Assembly (NCBI RefSeq): GCF_022045235.1
Contig: NW_027266286.1
Span: 1,191,856 to 1,255,855 of the forward strand
Origin: Haliotis cracherodii
Taxonomy: Eukaryota
DNA length: 64,000 nucleotides
Reading direction: 5' to 3'
Part shown: piece after piece, positions 61,225-64,000 of the stretch
Layout: each line of letters opens with the position of its first letter
Position numbering within the stretch: position 1 is the stretch's first letter
The notes under the pieces: model-generated
What the model saw: the letters and a program-made list of their open reading frames with translations, nothing else
Databases searched by the model: none
What the model was told of the DNA's origin: nothing
Translations under genes and position numbers: made by a program

Positions 61225-61602
61225 TATTTGTCCCCACTGCATGGCTGTCCAGCATAGACGCTGTCTGCACCACTGTAGACGTGCTTGACGGTGGTTTCCT
61301 GTCAAAATGGGACATCTGGCGGGTCTTCTGGCGACAATCCCTGCATGTCTGAGGCGACGATGTACGGTTCGGAATCGATTTCGTAGGTGAATTGTTCGAA
61401 TCCAGTTGTTTTGTCGATTATGGGTTATGCGTGGCCTGCCACTCCGAGGATGGGCTCTGACTGCATTCGTCTGTTGCCAACATTGCCATAAACACCAAAT
61501 GGTGTTTCTGTGGATGTTAAATTGTCTTGCAACATCACGTTGACTCGATCCTGCTTCAAGCATACCAATGGCTTGCAGACACTCATTTGACAGGCGTGGC
61601 AT
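61216..61602 (-). pseudogene. Tc1-like transposase N-terminal paired-like HTH DNA-binding region (MPRLSNECLQAIGMLEAGSSQRDVARQFNIHRNTIW..RSGRPRITHNRQNNWI..RQARLQWCRQRLCWTAMQW)
   Basis: Characteristic Tc1 N-terminus (MPR.., RSGRPR, ..WTxxQW). Ends exactly where the 56490-57100 fragment begins (QWGQ versus MGEVLFTDESRF). Confidence 0.65.
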
Positions 61603-61829
61603 TTCGTAATGTTGAATAATTGCGTAATTTTGTTGTTTTTCTGAGTGGTTGTTGTCAGCAAGATGCTAAACAATGCATATGGAATCCCGTTAACACACAT
61701 GTTTTTATACCCATACTTTACTTGTTTGAAAAATACACTAAAATACTGGTGTCACAGAAACTTTTGTTGTTGAGTATATGTACAGACTGCAGGACAAGGT
61801 GTGGCAGACATCACAATACACACAAATAT

Positions 61830-62300
61830 CGGCAAGGGGTGGGTGGGTGTCTGCAAGGGTAGGGTGTCACCGAGGGGTGGGTATCGGCAAGGGGTGGGTG
61901 GGTGTCTGCAAGGGTAGGGTGTCACCGAGGGGTGGGTATCGGCAAAGGGGTGGGTGGGTGTCTGCATGGGGTGGGTGATGTCGGTGAGCAGCATGGGGAA
62001 TTACCCTTCTGGTCTTGGTGAGTAGCCCAGTGATGTCTGTGAGTAGCTTGGTGCGGTCTGTGAGTAGCTAGGGGATGTCGGTGAGTAGCCTGGTGCTGTC
62101 GGTGAGTAGCCTGGTGCTGTCTGTGAGTAGCCTGGTGCTGTCTGTGAGTAGCTAGGGGATGTCGGTGAGTAGCCTGGTGCTGTCGGTGAGTAGCCTGGTG
62201 CTGTCGGTGAGTAGCCTGGTGCTGTCGGTGAGTAGCTAGGGGATGTCGGTGAGTAGCCTGGTGCTGTCTGTGAGTAGCCTGGTGCTGTCGGTGAGTACCT
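61830..62300. repeat. About 60-bp repeat (ggcaaggggtgggtgggtgtctgcaagggtagggtgtcaccgaggggtgggtatc, x2.5), then a 21-bp minisatellite gtgagtagcctggtgctgtcg (about 13 units)
   Basis: Tandem copies visible. Confidence 0.8.
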
Positions 62301-62739
62301 GGCTGATGATTCATACAGGATGCAGCCAGGTGATCTTGCCTCATCTGATAAAGCAGGCGTCAGGATCTCTGAAAAATAGCACAGCACAATCTTGAATCAA
62401 CATTTAAATGAGATCATTAAACTATTAGTCTGTTGCTGTATGCAGCAGTTAATTAATAGTCACATGACACTGGAGCTCACCTGGATATGTAGACTTTCAA
62501 CAAACACAACCACACATTACATTATCTCTGCACAGACAGCGGAGACTTTACGGATCGTGTAATCATTAACTAATAGACTGGTTCCTGACAGCATTTGCTT
62601 GGCATCATCTTAGCGATTTGAAAAGATAGGTTGAGTGTTGTTTAATCACCTCTGCTTGGGACTGCTCCGTGGTAAAATGCCTCACATGTTGATTTTGTCG
62701 AGATTGATAATGAACTATCTTCTGCATAAACATCTACAG

Positions 62740-63200
62740 CTGTCAGGAGTACCCGGTAGTTCTACAGCCGTCAAGTGTACCCGGTAGTTCTACAGCCGTC
62801 AAGTGTACCCGGTAGTTCTACAGCCGTCAGGTGTACACGGTAGTTCTACAGCCATCAGGTGTACCCGGTAGTTCTACAGCCGTCAGGTGTACCCAGTAGT
62901 TCTACAGCCATCAGGTGTACCCGGTAGTTCTACAGCCGTCAGGTGTACCCGGTAGTTCTACAGCCGTCAGGTGTACCCGGTAGTTCTACAGCCGTCAGGT
63001 GTACCCGGTAGTTCTACAGCCGTCAGGTGTACCCGGTAGTTCTACAGCCGTCAGGTGTACCCGGTAGTTCTACAGCCGTCAGGTGAACCCTGTAGTTCTA
63101 CAGCCGTCAAGGGGTACCCGGTAGTTCTACAGCCGTCAGGTGTACCCGGTAGTTCTACAGCCGTCAGGTGTACCCGGTAGTTCTACAGCCGTCAAGGGGT
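62740..63200. repeat. 28-bp minisatellite gtacccggtagttctacagccgtcaggt (about 16 units)
   Basis: Tandem copies visible. Confidence 0.85.
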
Positions 63201-63689
63201 ACCCGGTAGTTCCTGAACAACGTGAACGGTGCAGTGGCATGACTTTTGTGACAATGATGCTCCCTTGTGTCAAGAAACGCTTAACCTTTGACCTCTATTA
63301 AAACTGCAATGTGTCGGTGATTATGACAATGTCATACCAGACATTGGCAACTAGGACATGAACGCCATACAATGTTCATTATATCCTCCACTACAGGAAG
63401 AGACAGGGACACTAGCTAGTTGCTGCTTACAGTAGGGCGTAGGTAGAGTTGGGAGAACACCATACAATGTCCATTATAACCTCTACTACAAGAAGAGATG
63501 GGGACACTAGCTAGTTGCTGTTCGCAGTTCTTTCTGACTACTACGCCTGTTACTTCTGAATTTTATATGTTTGAATAAAAACAACTTTCGTCAACTTCAG
63601 TGTATGCACCAGATCGTTTTATAGCTGTAACTAAACATAGGTCAAACTTTTCTCAATTGGTCAGTTTGTACCTTCCTCTTGAGAGGTAT

Positions 63690-64000
63690 TCGGGTAGGGT
63701 CGGGGAGGGGAGGGGTGGGTACCCAGGTAGGGTCGGGTCGGGGATTGGAGGGGTGGGTACCCGGGTAGGGTCGGGTCGGGGAGTGGAGGGGTGGGTACCC
63801 AGGTAGGGTATGGTCGGGGAGTGGAGGGGTGGGTACCCGGGTAGGGTCGGGGATTGGAGGGGTGGGTTCCCGGGTAGGGTCGGGTCGGGGAGTGGACGGG
63901 TGGGTACCCGGGTATGGTCGGGGAGTGGAGGGGTGGGTACCCGGGTATGGTCGGGGAGTGGAGGGGTGGGTACCCAGGTAGGGTCGGGGATTGGAGGGGT
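63690..64000. repeat. 33-39-bp G-rich minisatellite gggtagggtcggggaKtggaggggtgggtaccc; may continue past the window end
   Basis: Tandem copies visible. Confidence 0.8.

Noticed and set aside
8519-64000. CRISPR-like arrays or prokaryotic defence loci
   Set aside because: The sequence is eukaryotic: spliced genes with GT-AG introns, SINEs, and a Tc1 transposase. The arrays are head-to-tail minisatellites without unique spacers, so none of them is a CRISPR array.

Overview
This is a eukaryotic (invertebrate metazoan, possibly mollusc-like) window that is extremely rich in minisatellites. Two multi-exon protein-coding genes are supported by splice-site and phase reasoning.

Gene 1 (+ strand, 22.4-38.5 kb): the last nine coding exons of a U5 snRNP 200 kDa helicase (SNRNP200/Brr2) orthologue, ending at a TGA stop at 38519. 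The call rests on recalled similarity to the human C-terminal Sec63 region.

Gene 2 (- strand, 14.8 kb down to position 1): a previously unlisted gene for a type I membrane glycoprotein. It was reconstructed from five exons: signal peptide, N-glycosylation-rich ectodomain, Ser/Pro stalk, transmembrane helix, basic cytoplasmic tail. Four of the five exons are shorter than 60 aa and absent from the ORF track. The gene continues beyond coordinate 1.

Introns and intergenic DNA are filled with tandem arrays, with unit lengths of 10 to 61 bp. Almost all long ORFs in the track are periodic artefacts of these arrays.

The most unusual observation is that several arrays are built from the splice junctions themselves: exon end plus 5' splice site is amplified 20-40 fold immediately downstream of three exons. 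One 1.26 kb intron consists almost entirely of such copies. Other arrays abut 3' splice sites.

Mobile DNA includes:
- at least four tRNA-derived SINE families, three of which share a 3' tail module; one nested insertion has a clear target-site duplication
- a palindromic MITE-like element whose core expanded into a 2 kb array
- a degraded element carrying a GIY-YIG endonuclease ORF, with direct terminal repeats, inside a SNRNP200 intron
- two complementary Tc1/mariner transposase pseudogene fragments

A 4.9 kb, 24-bp-unit array with higher-order punctuation lies downstream of SNRNP200. No rRNA, bona fide tRNA, CRISPR or prokaryotic features are present.
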